From NCBI GenBank assembly GCA_020351995.1, contig CP070674.1, positions 1,313,852 to 1,377,851 on the forward strand: a DNA stretch of 64,000 bases, written 5' to 3'. Made by a program: the position numbers and the translations under genes. The stretch comes from Candidatus Zixiibacteriota bacterium. Its GTDB lineage: Bacteria; Zixibacteria; MSB-5A5; GN15; FEB-12. Positions 38,718-47,784 of this stretch are shown piece after piece. Position 1 is the stretch's first letter. Every line of letters begins with the position of its first letter. The notes under the pieces are model-generated. The model was not told the DNA's origin. It did no database searches and worked only from the letters and a program-made list of their open reading frames with translations.

Positions 38718-40034
38718 ATGAGCGAAGCAAAGCACGACATCATCATTCCGGACATTATCCCGGAACTCGAACGCGGTCCACTGTGGCTTCGACAGAAAAG
38801 AAGATTTTCCCGGGAAGCCTATAACGACGCTCCTATCCCTCCCCGTGGTCTGCATCTGTGGCGTTATACTGACCCGGCAGCGTTTGTTGTTGACCGCACC
38901 ACATCCAGTGACACGGCCTACCATGATAATTACGATGTCATCGAAAAGGTCGAACTCCACAACCTGAGTGAGGGCCACCTGTCCGGATTGGTGAGTGATT
39001 TCGGTGGCCGCGAAATTCGGTTTCACGGCTTCGACAGGCTGAGAGATCAGGGGATAGTAGTGACCACTCTATCAGAGGCTGTTGAGCGTTATCCCGGACT
39101 GGTAGAAAGATATCTGTACGAGCTTGTTAATGCCGGCGTGGGAAAGTTCGAAGCCATGAACGGGGCACTCTGGAACGACGGAATTTTCATTCACGTCCCC
39201 GACGGAGAGGTAATCGAGAAACCGATTCACCTGTTAAGAGAGGCGGGTTCATCGGATTCGGCCCAGTTTCCTCGGGCGCTTGTGGTAGTCGGTCAAAACG
39301 CACAGTTAACTTTGATCGATGAATATGGCGGTGGCGCGGCGGGCAACGGCAGCGGGGGAAGTTATAGCAACGGGGCCGTAGAGATGTTCGGTCTGCCTGA
39401 CAGCCGCACACGCTACGTGATGCTTCAGCGGCAGAGCTCAGTGACAACTTCCTACTTGACTCATCGGGCTCGGATAGACCGCGGCGCGAATATGTTGACG
39501 ATCGCTCTGTCGTTCGGAGGAGCTGTTACCAAACAGAATTTCGGCGTCACGCTGAACGGTCCCGGTGCCGAGAGCAACATGTACGGACTGCTTTTTGGTT
39601 CCGGCAATCAGCACTTCGATAATCATACCATCCATCATCATGCCTCCGGTCAGACCCGCTCTGACATTGACTTTAAGGTGGTCCTGCGTGATCGGGCGGT
39701 ATCAGCCTACACCGGTCTGATACGTATCGATCGGATGGCCAAATCATGCGAAGCCTATCAGGAAAATCGCAACTTGCTGCTTAACCTGGGAACGCGGGCG
39801 GAAACGATCCCGGAACTCGAGATTCTCAATGAAGACGTCATGTGCTCGCACGGCGCCACCATCGGGCCTATCGACCCAATGATGGTCTTTTACCTGCAGG
39901 CTCGCGGAATCAGACACCAGGAAGCAGTGCGAATGATTGTGTCCGGGTTTGTTTCTGACACCCTCAGACAGGTCCCTCGGGATCTTCAAGAGAGAATTAC
40001 AGGGTTTGTTACCCAGAGATTGGAGCACATATAA
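38718..40034 (+). CDS. sufD: Fe-S cluster assembly protein SufD
   Basis: WRYTD, PELEILNEDVMCSHGATIG, FYLQARGI. Confidence 0.95.
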   Translation: MSEAKHDIIIPDIIPELERGPLWLRQKRRFSREAYNDAPIPPRGLHLWRYTDPAAFVVDRTTSSDTAYHDNYDVIEKVELHNLSEGHLSGLVSDFGGREIRFHGFDRLRDQGIVVTTLSEAVERYPGLVERYLYELVNAGVGKFEAMNGALWNDGIFIHVPDGEVIEKPIHLLREAGSSDSAQFPRALVVVGQNAQLTLIDEYGGGAAGNGSGGSYSNGAVEMFGLPDSRTRYVMLQRQSSVTTSYLTHRARIDRGANMLTIALSFGGAVTKQNFGVTLNGPGAESNMYGLLFGSGNQHFDNHTIHHHASGQTRSDIDFKVVLRDRAVSAYTGLIRIDRMAKSCEAYQENRNLLLNLGTRAETIPELEILNEDVMCSHGATIGPIDPMMVFYLQARGIRHQEAVRMIVSGFVSDTLRQVPRDLQERITGFVTQRLEHI

Positions 40035-40345
40035 TGGCTGAATTTATCAAGGTGGCGGCAGTCGAAGATATCCCGGTCGGTTCGGTGAAGTCAGTTTGGG
40101 CCCACGGCCGACGTATTGCTGTGTGTCATACCGAGGATGGGTTTTTCGCTGTGGCGGACGAATGTTCCCACGACTATTCCCCAATCAGTTCCGGTCAATT
40201 AAGAAATGGTGAGATCGTCTGCCCGCGTCACGGTGCCCGGTTTGATATTCGAACGGGCGAGGCGAAAGCGCCACCGGCCGTGATCGGTATAGATAGGTTC
40301 GAGATAAAGATTCAGGATGAACATATCTTTGTGTCGGTAGATTGA
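40034..40345 (+). CDS. Rieske 2Fe-2S ferredoxin
   Basis: CSH...CPRHGARFD. Confidence 0.93.
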   Translation: MAEFIKVAAVEDIPVGSVKSVWAHGRRIAVCHTEDGFFAVADECSHDYSPISSGQLRNGEIVCPRHGARFDIRTGEAKAPPAVIGIDRFEIKIQDEHIFVSVD

Positions 40346-40363
40346 CCTGGGGGAAAACAGTAT

Positions 40364-41641
40364 ATGAATCCGGACATCAGAAACGACGCCACAGCCCTGA
40401 AGGGCAGATCTGGCCAGATGGATATCGACAGAATCAAAGCCGATTTCCCGATTCTCAAACAACCGGTAAACGGTCATCGCCTGGTTTACCTCGACAACGC
40501 CGCGACATCACAGAAACCAAAGCAGGTTATCGATGCCATCGTGAAATACTACAACGAGTCCAACGCCAATATTCACCGTGGGTTGCACACACTGGCCGAG
40601 AAAGCCACATCAGCCTACGAAAATGTTCGCGTCCATGCGGCACGGTTTATCGGTGGCGTCGACAATAGTGAAGTTATTTTTACCAGCGGTACGACTGAAT
40701 CGATAAACACGATAGCGCGGACGTGGGGAGAAAAGAACATCCGTTCGGGAGATGAGATTGTAATCACCGAGATGGAGCATCACGCCAACCTTGTACCCTG
40801 GCTGGTGTTGAGCCAGAACACGGGGGCCACGTTGAGGAGAATTTCTCTAACGCCGGACGGCCAGCTGGATCTGACAAACATCAACGATATCATTACCGCC
40901 AGGACAAGGCTTGTTGCAGTGGCTCACATGTCAAATGTCCTGGGCACAATCAATCCAGTTGCTGATATCGCTGAACTGGCTCACAGGCGAGGCGCGATCG
41001 TCCTAGTCGATGGCGCCCAGGCGGCTCCTCACATGCCCGTTGATATCAAACAGACAGGTGCCGATTTCTATGCGTTCTCCGCGCACAAGATGCTTGGCCC
41101 GACCGGTGTTGGGGTTCTCTGGGGACGAAAGACTCTTTTGGAGGATATACCGCCGTTTACCACAGGTGGTGAGATGATACGCGAGGTTAGGTTCGACCGT
41201 GTGACCTGGAACGACGTCCCGCACAAATTTGAGGCTGGCACGCCCAACATAGCCGGAGTAATTGCCTTCGACCGGGCTCTTTCATATCTCGAGGAACTGG
41301 GTATGGAAAACATCAGGAGTCATGAGATTGAGTTGTCCGGATACGCTATCAACAGGTTGCTGGAATTGGATGGAATTGAAATTCAGGGCCCGCTGGATCC
41401 GCACCTTCGCGGCGGAGCGATATCGTTTACGGACGCCAAGATTCATCCCCACGATATCAGCACTTTTTTGGATTCGCGAGGCATAGCCATTCGGGCCGGG
41501 CACCACTGCGCCCAACCTTTAATGCGGACCATGGGGAAAGTCGCCACGGCTCGGGCATCACTCTACATTTATAATGACAGGATGGATATCGACGCCCTGA
41601 TAGACGCCTTGAAGGAGACGAGGAGATACTTTGGAGTATGA
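40364..41641 (+). CDS. sufS: Cysteine desulfurase SufS
   Basis: YLDNAATSQKP, FSAHKMLGPTG, RAGHHCAQP. Confidence 0.97.
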   Translation: MNPDIRNDATALKGRSGQMDIDRIKADFPILKQPVNGHRLVYLDNAATSQKPKQVIDAIVKYYNESNANIHRGLHTLAEKATSAYENVRVHAARFIGGVDNSEVIFTSGTTESINTIARTWGEKNIRSGDEIVITEMEHHANLVPWLVLSQNTGATLRRISLTPDGQLDLTNINDIITARTRLVAVAHMSNVLGTINPVADIAELAHRRGAIVLVDGAQAAPHMPVDIKQTGADFYAFSAHKMLGPTGVGVLWGRKTLLEDIPPFTTGGEMIREVRFDRVTWNDVPHKFEAGTPNIAGVIAFDRALSYLEELGMENIRSHEIELSGYAINRLLELDGIEIQGPLDPHLRGGAISFTDAKIHPHDISTFLDSRGIAIRAGHHCAQPLMRTMGKVATARASLYIYNDRMDIDALIDALKETRRYFGV

Positions 41642-42117
41642 CCAATTCACTGGATGAATTATACCGGGAGATAATTCTCGACCACTATCGTTCGCCGCGC
41701 GGCAAGAAGCCGGTCGACAAAGTTGATATCGCTTCGGATGGGCAGAATCCCTCGTGTGGTGATGAAATCGCGGTGCAGGTCACCATGGATGATGGAACGG
41801 TCAAGGATGTTCATGTGGACTGTAAAGGATGCGCTATTTCGATAGCCTCAGGCTCCATGCTGGCCGAATACACGAAGGGCAAATCACTGGGTGAGGTGAA
41901 ACAATTGGCCGACACGGTAAAGAAGATGTTGAAAGGTGAGGGGGATGAAATTCCGCCCGAACTCGAAGATCTGGATGCCCTGAAGGGAGTACGGAAGTTT
42001 CCGGTTCGGATCAAGTGTGCTCTATTAGCATGGATGACCCTGGTTGAAGGGCTCAAGAATTACGAGAACGGTAAAACCGGTCAAACACCCCTGGTTTCGA
42101 CCGAGGACGAGAGTTAG
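41638..42117 (+). CDS. sufU: SufU/NifU-family sulfur transfer protein
   Basis: LYREIILDHY, NPSCGD, GCAIS, RIKCALL. Confidence 0.95.
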   Translation: MTNSLDELYREIILDHYRSPRGKKPVDKVDIASDGQNPSCGDEIAVQVTMDDGTVKDVHVDCKGCAISIASGSMLAEYTKGKSLGEVKQLADTVKKMLKGEGDEIPPELEDLDALKGVRKFPVRIKCALLAWMTLVEGLKNYENGKTGQTPLVSTEDES

Positions 42118-42122
42118 AAACC

Positions 42123-42434
42123 ATGGCCCTGCCAACAGAAGAACAGATATACGAAGTTCTCAAGCCGGTTCAAGACCCGGAAATCCGGATAGGAATCATG
42201 GATCTAGGTCTAATATATGATGTGCTGATCGAGGAAGAGGGCAAAGTCGTGGTTAAGATGACACTCACAACTCCGGGGTGTCCTTATGGCGAAATGCTCA
42301 TGACCCAGGTACACCAAGCGGTCGCGCAGCTTGAAGGTGTGAGAGAGGTCGAGGTCAAACTGGTGTGGGCTCCCCCGTGGGATCCGAGAGAAATGTGCTC
42401 CGACGAAGTTAAGGATCGATTGGGAATATGGTAG
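42123..42434 (+). CDS. DUF59/SufT-type metal-sulfur cluster biosynthesis protein
   Basis: DPEI..DLGLIY, MTLTTPGCP, LVWAPPW. Confidence 0.93.
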   Translation: MALPTEEQIYEVLKPVQDPEIRIGIMDLGLIYDVLIEEEGKVVVKMTLTTPGCPYGEMLMTQVHQAVAQLEGVREVEVKLVWAPPWDPREMCSDEVKDRLGIW

Positions 42435-42471
42435 GACCGCAACTCTGGCCAATTGTGTGAAATAACACCAT

Positions 42472-42500
42472 TTGCATTTGCAGCACCCGGGTATTATAAT
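42472..42500 (+). promoter_or_regulatory. Sigma-70-type promoter of the ABC exporter operon
   Basis: TTGCAT-17 nt-TATAAT, 42 nt upstream of the MFP gene. Confidence 0.7.
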
Positions 42501-42542
42501 ATCAGAACCCTTTCCCTTTAACGCAGTTTACTAATTACGATT

Positions 42543-43733
42543 ATGGCAGAAGAAAACAAAGCTGATCTCGCCTCACTGAAGATTGACCGGGACAAACGAT
42601 ACGATGACAGGCCGGGGAGTAAATTCTGGCGATATTTTATCCCTGGCATGGTGATTGCGGTTGTTGTCGTAGGCTATTTTCTGCTGAAAGATTCGGTCAG
42701 CCCGGCAACTAAAGTGAAAGTGGCCGTGGTTACTCACCTCTCGGGGTCGGAGTCCCAGGCAAGCCTGGTCGCATCGGGCTACGTCGTAGCCCAGCGCAAA
42801 GCTGAAGTGGCTTCGAAGGGTACGGGACGCCTTAAGTACCTCGGCTTTGAAGAGGGTGACACCGTGCTGGCTAACCAGGTGATTGCCGAGCTGGAAAACG
42901 ACGACATCAAGGCTAATCTCGAATTGGCCAGAGCCAACCTGCTCAGTGCTGAGGCCGACTCACTCAATGCCGGCCGGAACTTCCGTCGCCACAAGCAGCT
43001 TTACGAATCCGGCTCCATCACTCTGGCCTTATACGAGGATGCCGAGACAGCCTTCACGCTTGCCAGAGCATCGGTCGCCGCCTCCGTTGCCGCCGTGGCA
43101 GCGGCTGAAGTCGAACTGGAGAATACCTATATCAGAGCTCCATTCACCGGCACTATCCTGACCAAGAACGCCGATGTCGGCGAGATGGTAACACCTTTTG
43201 CCTCGGCGGCTTCTTCGAAGGGTTCGGTGGTGACGCTGGCCGACATGGGTTCACTTGAGGTTGAGGCTGATGTATCGGAGTCCAATATTCACAAAGTGAA
43301 AGTCGGGCAGAAGTGTGACATAATACTCGATGCCTATCCATCGGTGAGTTATCCCGGGTATGTCAAGAAGATAGTACCCACAGCGGATCGCGCCAGGGCG
43401 ACGGTTTTGACAAAGGTTGCCTTCGAGCAGATTGATGACCGGGTTTTGCCGGAAATGTCGGCGCGCGTGAATTTCTTTGAGGCCGGACAGCCGGTGGCTG
43501 ACGCCAGTCTAACAAAAGCTATTGCCGTAAACAAGGACGCCGTGACCAGCCGCGATGATCAGAAAGTTGTTTTCGTGGTAGAGGACAACGAGGTGCGCAT
43601 GGCAAACGTCGAAACGGGTCGCATGCTGGCTGACAAAGTCGAAATTATCACCGGGCTCACGGCAGGTGACGTGGTCGTCCTCTCCCCTCCCGGCAAGATG
43701 GTCTCCGGGCAAAAGGTTGAAATCGCCAACTAA
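42543..43733 (+). CDS. Efflux periplasmic adaptor (membrane fusion protein)
   Basis: Single N-terminal TM, ASGYVVA, coiled hairpin, IRAPFTGTI, LEVEADVSE. Confidence 0.93.
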   Translation: MAEENKADLASLKIDRDKRYDDRPGSKFWRYFIPGMVIAVVVVGYFLLKDSVSPATKVKVAVVTHLSGSESQASLVASGYVVAQRKAEVASKGTGRLKYLGFEEGDTVLANQVIAELENDDIKANLELARANLLSAEADSLNAGRNFRRHKQLYESGSITLALYEDAETAFTLARASVAASVAAVAAAEVELENTYIRAPFTGTILTKNADVGEMVTPFASAASSKGSVVTLADMGSLEVEADVSESNIHKVKVGQKCDIILDAYPSVSYPGYVKKIVPTADRARATVLTKVAFEQIDDRVLPEMSARVNFFEAGQPVADASLTKAIAVNKDAVTSRDDQKVVFVVEDNEVRMANVETGRMLADKVEIITGLTAGDVVVLSPPGKMVSGQKVEIAN

Positions 43734-43750
43734 AGCTACAAAGGAAATAG

Positions 43751-44431
43751 ATGTCTAAATCATTCGTTCAACTTCACAACGTGAACAAATCCTACTGGCG
43801 CGATACACTGGAGATACCGGTACTGCACAATATAAATCTCGATGTCCCCGAGGGCGAGTTCGTTGCCCTGATGGGACCGTCGGGTTCAGGCAAAACCACT
43901 CTTCTGAATCTCATCGCGGGCATCGACCGGCCATCCTCGGGAGAAGTATCCGTAAACGGTGAAAGTGTGTCACGTTTGTCCGAGAGTGCCCTGGCCCGGT
44001 GGCGCAGCCGCAATATCGGTTTTGTCTTTCAGTTTTACAACTTGATGCCCGTGTTAAACGCCTTTGAAAATGTGGAGCTGCCGCTCTTACTGACAAAGCT
44101 GAACAGGCGCGAGAGACGCCGGCAGGTGGAGACAGCGCTGTCTATCGTCGGGCTGGCCGATCGTATGAAACATTACCCCAACCAGCTATCGGGTGGGCAG
44201 GAACAGAGGGTGGCTATCGCGCGGGCAGTTGTGACTGACCCCAGACTGATTCTGGCCGATGAACCAACCGGCGATCTGGACAAACAGTCGGCTGAAGAAG
44301 TTATGGAGTTACTGAGTCGACTCAACAAGGAATTCAACAAGACCATTATTGTGGTTACCCATGACCCGCGCGCGGCAGAAAAGGCCCACATCCAACGGCA
44401 TCTGGACAAAGGGGAACTCAACCATCTATGA
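43751..44431 (+). CDS. ABC transporter ATP-binding protein (MacB/LolD-like)
   Basis: [37 protein letters not shown]. Confidence 0.95.
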   Translation: MSKSFVQLHNVNKSYWRDTLEIPVLHNINLDVPEGEFVALMGPSGSGKTTLLNLIAGIDRPSSGEVSVNGESVSRLSESALARWRSRNIGFVFQFYNLMPVLNAFENVELPLLLTKLNRRERRRQVETALSIVGLADRMKHYPNQLSGGQEQRVAIARAVVTDPRLILADEPTGDLDKQSAEEVMELLSRLNKEFNKTIIVVTHDPRAAEKAHIQRHLDKGELNHL

Positions 44432-45585
44432 AAGTCCTCAAGCTCGTCAGCAAGAATGCCACCCGGCATCTGCTGAGGACATTTCTCACTATTCTGGGAT
44501 TGGCAATAGCCGTGATGGCTTTCGCCGTGATACGCACCAGTATCGATGCCTGGTATGCCGGGGCCAACGCGTCCTCACCCAACCGGCTGGTGGTGACCAA
44601 TAACATCTCTCTGGTGTTTCCCCTGCCGCTGGCATACAAAGAGAAGATAGAACAACTCGATGGTGTCACAGGGATATCGTGGGCACAGTGGTTCGGAGGG
44701 ACTTATGTTGACCCGAAAAATTTCTTCGCCCAGTTCGCAATCGACGGCGAATCATACCTGGCCCTCTACCCCGAATACATAATCCCCGCCGTACAAAAAG
44801 AGACTTTTCTTAAGGAACGCAACGCCGTTATTGTCGGCCGGGCCCTGGCAGACCGTTTCGGCTGGTCAGTCGGCGATCCAATAAGACTTATCGGAACCAT
44901 ATATCCCGGAGAATGGGATTTTGTTATCAGGGGAATATATACCGGCAAAGAGGAGACAACCGACGAAGCCCAATGGTTTATGCGTTACGAATATCTGGAT
45001 GAACGTATGAAAGCCGAAACACCGGGCCGCGCCGGTCAGGTGGGGTCGTTTATTGTCCAGATCGCCGATCCGTCGAAAGCCGCGCAGATGTCGGCTACTA
45101 TCGACAGCATTTTTGTCAACTCGCTTGCAGAAACCAAGACCCAGACAGAAGAAGCGTTTCAGCTCAGTTTTGTGGCCATGGCCAGTTCTATCGTAACCGG
45201 GCTACGCATAGTATCATTTATGGTTATCGGGATCATTCTACTGGTGCTGGCCAACACGATGGCTATGACAGCCAGAGAGCGAGTCTCCGAGTACGCGGTC
45301 ATGAAAACGCTCGGGTTCAGGCCAATTCATATTCTCGGTCTCATTTTCGGGGAGTCACTCGTGATCGCCGGCATCGGGGGACTTCTGGGCATACTCGTCA
45401 CTTTTCCCATCAGCAATCTACTTTCAATTGTAATAAAGGATTTCTTCCCCGTATTCAAGCTGGAGATCATCACCCTTGCCATCGGAATGATTGCCTCTAT
45501 CACAGTGGGCATTGTGGCGGACATATTCCCGGCCCTTAAGGCCGTTAAAACCCCAATCGTAGAGGGACTCCGAATAGTCGACTGA
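44428..45585 (+). CDS. ABC transporter permease (MacB/FtsX family)
   Basis: TM-periplasmic-3TM layout, [16 protein letters not shown]. Confidence 0.93.
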   Translation: MKVLKLVSKNATRHLLRTFLTILGLAIAVMAFAVIRTSIDAWYAGANASSPNRLVVTNNISLVFPLPLAYKEKIEQLDGVTGISWAQWFGGTYVDPKNFFAQFAIDGESYLALYPEYIIPAVQKETFLKERNAVIVGRALADRFGWSVGDPIRLIGTIYPGEWDFVIRGIYTGKEETTDEAQWFMRYEYLDERMKAETPGRAGQVGSFIVQIADPSKAAQMSATIDSIFVNSLAETKTQTEEAFQLSFVAMASSIVTGLRIVSFMVIGIILLVLANTMAMTARERVSEYAVMKTLGFRPIHILGLIFGESLVIAGIGGLLGILVTFPISNLLSIVIKDFFPVFKLEIITLAIGMIASITVGIVADIFPALKAVKTPIVEGLRIVD

Positions 45586-45588
45586 GAA

Positions 45589-46752
45589 ATGCTGCTTATT
45601 CACTACTCATATAAGAATATTCTTGCGCGCAAACTGACATCGTTGCTCACCGTTTTCGGTATTGGCCTGGTCGTATTCGTTTTCTGCGCCGTGCTGATGC
45701 TCTCCAACGGTCTCGGTGAGACGCTGATAGCTACCGGCGAGGACGGTAACGCCATTGTCATCCGGAAAGCATCACAGACCGAGGTGCAGTCAATAATTTA
45801 CCGGGATGTGGCCAACGCCATTAAGGCCGACGCAGCGATAGAAAAAGACGCCGATGGAGTCCCAATTGTCACGAGCGAGATTCTGGTCCTGATTAACCAG
45901 AACAAACGCAGCAACAACAAACCAAGCAATGTCCCGGTTCGTGGCGTAACCGGGATGTCAATCAATATCAGACCCGCGTTCAAATTAGTCGAAGGACGGA
46001 TGTGGCAGCCGGGAACGTCGGAGATTATCGCCGGCTCAAAAGTCGCCGAGTCTTTCCAGGGATGCGGCCTGGGCGAAACGGTGCGGTTCGGCATGAGAGA
46101 CTGGACCGTGGTGGGTCTCTTTGAAACCGGTGGCTCCGGGTTTGAATCAGAGTTATGGGGTGATATCGACCAGCTTATGGATGCTTTCGGCCGACCGGTT
46201 TTTTCGTCGCTTACCATGCGACTGGCGAATCCGGAGGAATTCGAAGTTTTCAGAGCACGGCTGGAGGGTGACCCTCGTTATACAGTTGAGGTGATGCGTG
46301 AAAAAGAATATTACGAGGAGCAATCTAAATTCACGACCATCTTCATTAACGCAATGGGCGTGACTATCTCCATCATATTCTCCCTGGGAGCCATTGTCGG
46401 CGCGATGATTACTATGTACGCCGCGGTAGCAAACAGAACCACAGAAATTGGCACGATGCGTGCACTCGGATTCAGCCGGCGGACGATTCTCTTCGCGTTT
46501 CTGACTGAGTCACTTCTGATAGCTCTGATTGGCGGAGCGATCGGGGTGCTTACGGCGACGTTTTTGAGACTCGTGGAAGTTTCGACCACCAATTGGAACA
46601 CCTTCGCAGAACTCGCTTTTTCATTCGAAATATCCTCAGAGATAGTTCTCTACGCATTTATCTTTGCGATAGTGATGGGTATTGTCGGTGGTTTCTTACC
46701 GGCCGTCAGAGCGGCTCGTTTCCGAATTGTGACTGCTCTCAGGGCCAAATAG
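45589..46752 (+). CDS. ABC transporter permease (MacB/FtsX family)
   Basis: TM-periplasmic-3TM layout, RTTEIGTMRALGF. Confidence 0.93.
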   Translation: MLLIHYSYKNILARKLTSLLTVFGIGLVVFVFCAVLMLSNGLGETLIATGEDGNAIVIRKASQTEVQSIIYRDVANAIKADAAIEKDADGVPIVTSEILVLINQNKRSNNKPSNVPVRGVTGMSINIRPAFKLVEGRMWQPGTSEIIAGSKVAESFQGCGLGETVRFGMRDWTVVGLFETGGSGFESELWGDIDQLMDAFGRPVFSSLTMRLANPEEFEVFRARLEGDPRYTVEVMREKEYYEEQSKFTTIFINAMGVTISIIFSLGAIVGAMITMYAAVANRTTEIGTMRALGFSRRTILFAFLTESLLIALIGGAIGVLTATFLRLVEVSTTNWNTFAELAFSFEISSEIVLYAFIFAIVMGIVGGFLPAVRAARFRIVTALRAK

Positions 46753-46817
46753 GCCGAAGATCCAAATCCAATCTTTGCTCAAAAAACAGCCAAAGCGTGG
46801 GATGAAATCCCCGGAAC

Positions 46818-46833
46818 TGTACCCAGGGGTACG
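46818..46833. promoter_or_regulatory. Candidate enhancer (UAS) 1 for a sigma-54 activator
   Basis: Palindrome TGTACC-CAGG-GGTACG centred about 110 bp upstream of the -24 GG at 46935. Confidence 0.55.
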
Positions 46834-46932
46834 TGACGGCGCCCTGGGAAGTGTTCCTGACAAAAGCCCACAGAAAGCGTCTGTTTTGGCAAGGTGAAAG
46901 CGGCATAGTGGGTTCCGTGGCACAATCTTTGG

Positions 46933-46949
46933 CCGGTATGAAGTTTGCA
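46933..46949 (+). promoter_or_regulatory. Sigma-54 promoter 1
   Basis: CCGGTATGAAGTTTGCA, GG-N10-GC with TTGCA. Confidence 0.6.
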
Positions 46950-47018
46950 CATTGTCGGGTACTTGGTCAAGGGGAAGCCAGGAATCAGTTAACCCGCAAC
47001 TTAAGGAGGACAGCAGAA

Positions 47019-47321
47019 ATGCGAAGAACTACTGTGATTTTTCTCGTGCTTGCTGTGGCCCTGTTCATGTTGCCCTCTGCCACCCTGGCAGTTAACGGCA
47101 ACTTTTACCAGTGGCTTCACGACGATGATGGGGACGGGATTCCGAACTGTTTAGACCCTGACTGGTATCCGCCTGAGGACGGATCCGGTTATAAGAACGG
47201 GAATGGCCAAACTATCGAGGCAACGGATGCCTCTGACAATGGCAGCAATGGAGATTGTGACCGCCTCCAGTTGAAGGATGGAACCTCCGGAAACTGCCCT
47301 GACACCTGTCACATTCCGTGA
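47019..47321 (+). CDS. Small secreted acidic protein with a DxDxDG Ca-binding-like motif (100 aa)
   Basis: AAGGAGG RBS; signal peptide MRRTTVIFLVLAVALFMLPSATLA; DDDGDGIPNCLDPD; Gly/Asp/Asn-rich; four Cys. Confidence 0.8.
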   Translation: MRRTTVIFLVLAVALFMLPSATLAVNGNFYQWLHDDDGDGIPNCLDPDWYPPEDGSGYKNGNGQTIEATDASDNGSNGDCDRLQLKDGTSGNCPDTCHIP

Positions 47322-47356
47322 GGGAATGGGCCAGATCAAAAAATCCGCAATTACGG

Positions 47357-47387
47357 GCCCCCTGCCATCACGAAGGAGGGGGCTTTT
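47357..47387 (+). terminator. Intrinsic terminator
   Basis: GCCCCCT...AGGGGGC stem followed by TTTT. Confidence 0.6.
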
Positions 47388-47445
47388 AACTTGAAAAACG
47401 CACCGCCCCCAAGTTCACATCCGCATCCCTAAATGTACCCTGACA

Positions 47446-47461
47446 TGTACCCGCCGGTACA
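47446..47461. promoter_or_regulatory. Candidate enhancer (UAS) 2 for a sigma-54 activator
   Basis: Perfect inverted arms TGTACC-CGCC-GGTACA (TGT-N10-ACA) with an extra TGTACCC half-site at 47434; centred about 119 bp upstream of the -24 GG at 47572. Confidence 0.6.
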
Positions 47462-47569
47462 CGAATGTCTCCGCGGTGAGCCTCCCCGTTCACTTTGAGA
47501 CTGTGAGCAAGGCTGTCTATCAAAAGGTAACTAATTGAGTCGTAATTGTCTTGATAATTATGGTTCTTC

Positions 47570-47586
47570 TTGGCCCGAAGTTTGCA
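47570..47586 (+). promoter_or_regulatory. Sigma-54 promoter 2
   Basis: TTGGCCCGAAGTTTGCA, close to consensus TGGCAC-N5-TTGC; shares GAAGTTTGCA with promoter 1. Confidence 0.7.
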
Positions 47587-47646
47587 GGACTAAAAATGTC
47601 TGATTTTTAGGAAGGCTTAGAACTTGCGACTCAAGGAGACGGAAGA

Positions 47647-47784
47647 ATGCGTAGATTGTGGATCATCTTGTTAGTACCGACTTCGTATCTGCTATTCTCT
47701 TCCGGCAAGCTTCTGGCCTGCTCCGTAGTACCTTGTTGAGGCTGGTTTTTGTGGTGGCGGAAACGGCGGCGGCAGACTACATAA
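47647..47784 (+). other. Unannotated signal-peptide micro-ORF with in-frame TGA (30 aa, or 45 aa by readthrough), or an internally deleted gene remnant
   Basis: AAGGAG RBS; MRRLWIILLVPTSYLLFSSGKLLA-CSVVPC, TGA at 47737-47739, then GWFLWWRKRRRQTT and TAA. Confidence 0.5.

Noticed and set aside
46918-46933. Alternative sigma-54 site TGGCACAATCTTTGG
   Set aside because: Good -24 element but GG instead of GC at -12; the adjacent site at 46933 fits the spacing and matches promoter 2.
46833-47018. 62-codon N-terminal extension of the small secreted protein in the ORF track
   Set aside because: Runs over the promoter region; the AAGGAGG RBS and signal peptide point to ATG 47019. Track extensions for buk, tsaC, SPOR, sufB, FNR and the PHPT1-like gene were trimmed for similar reasons.
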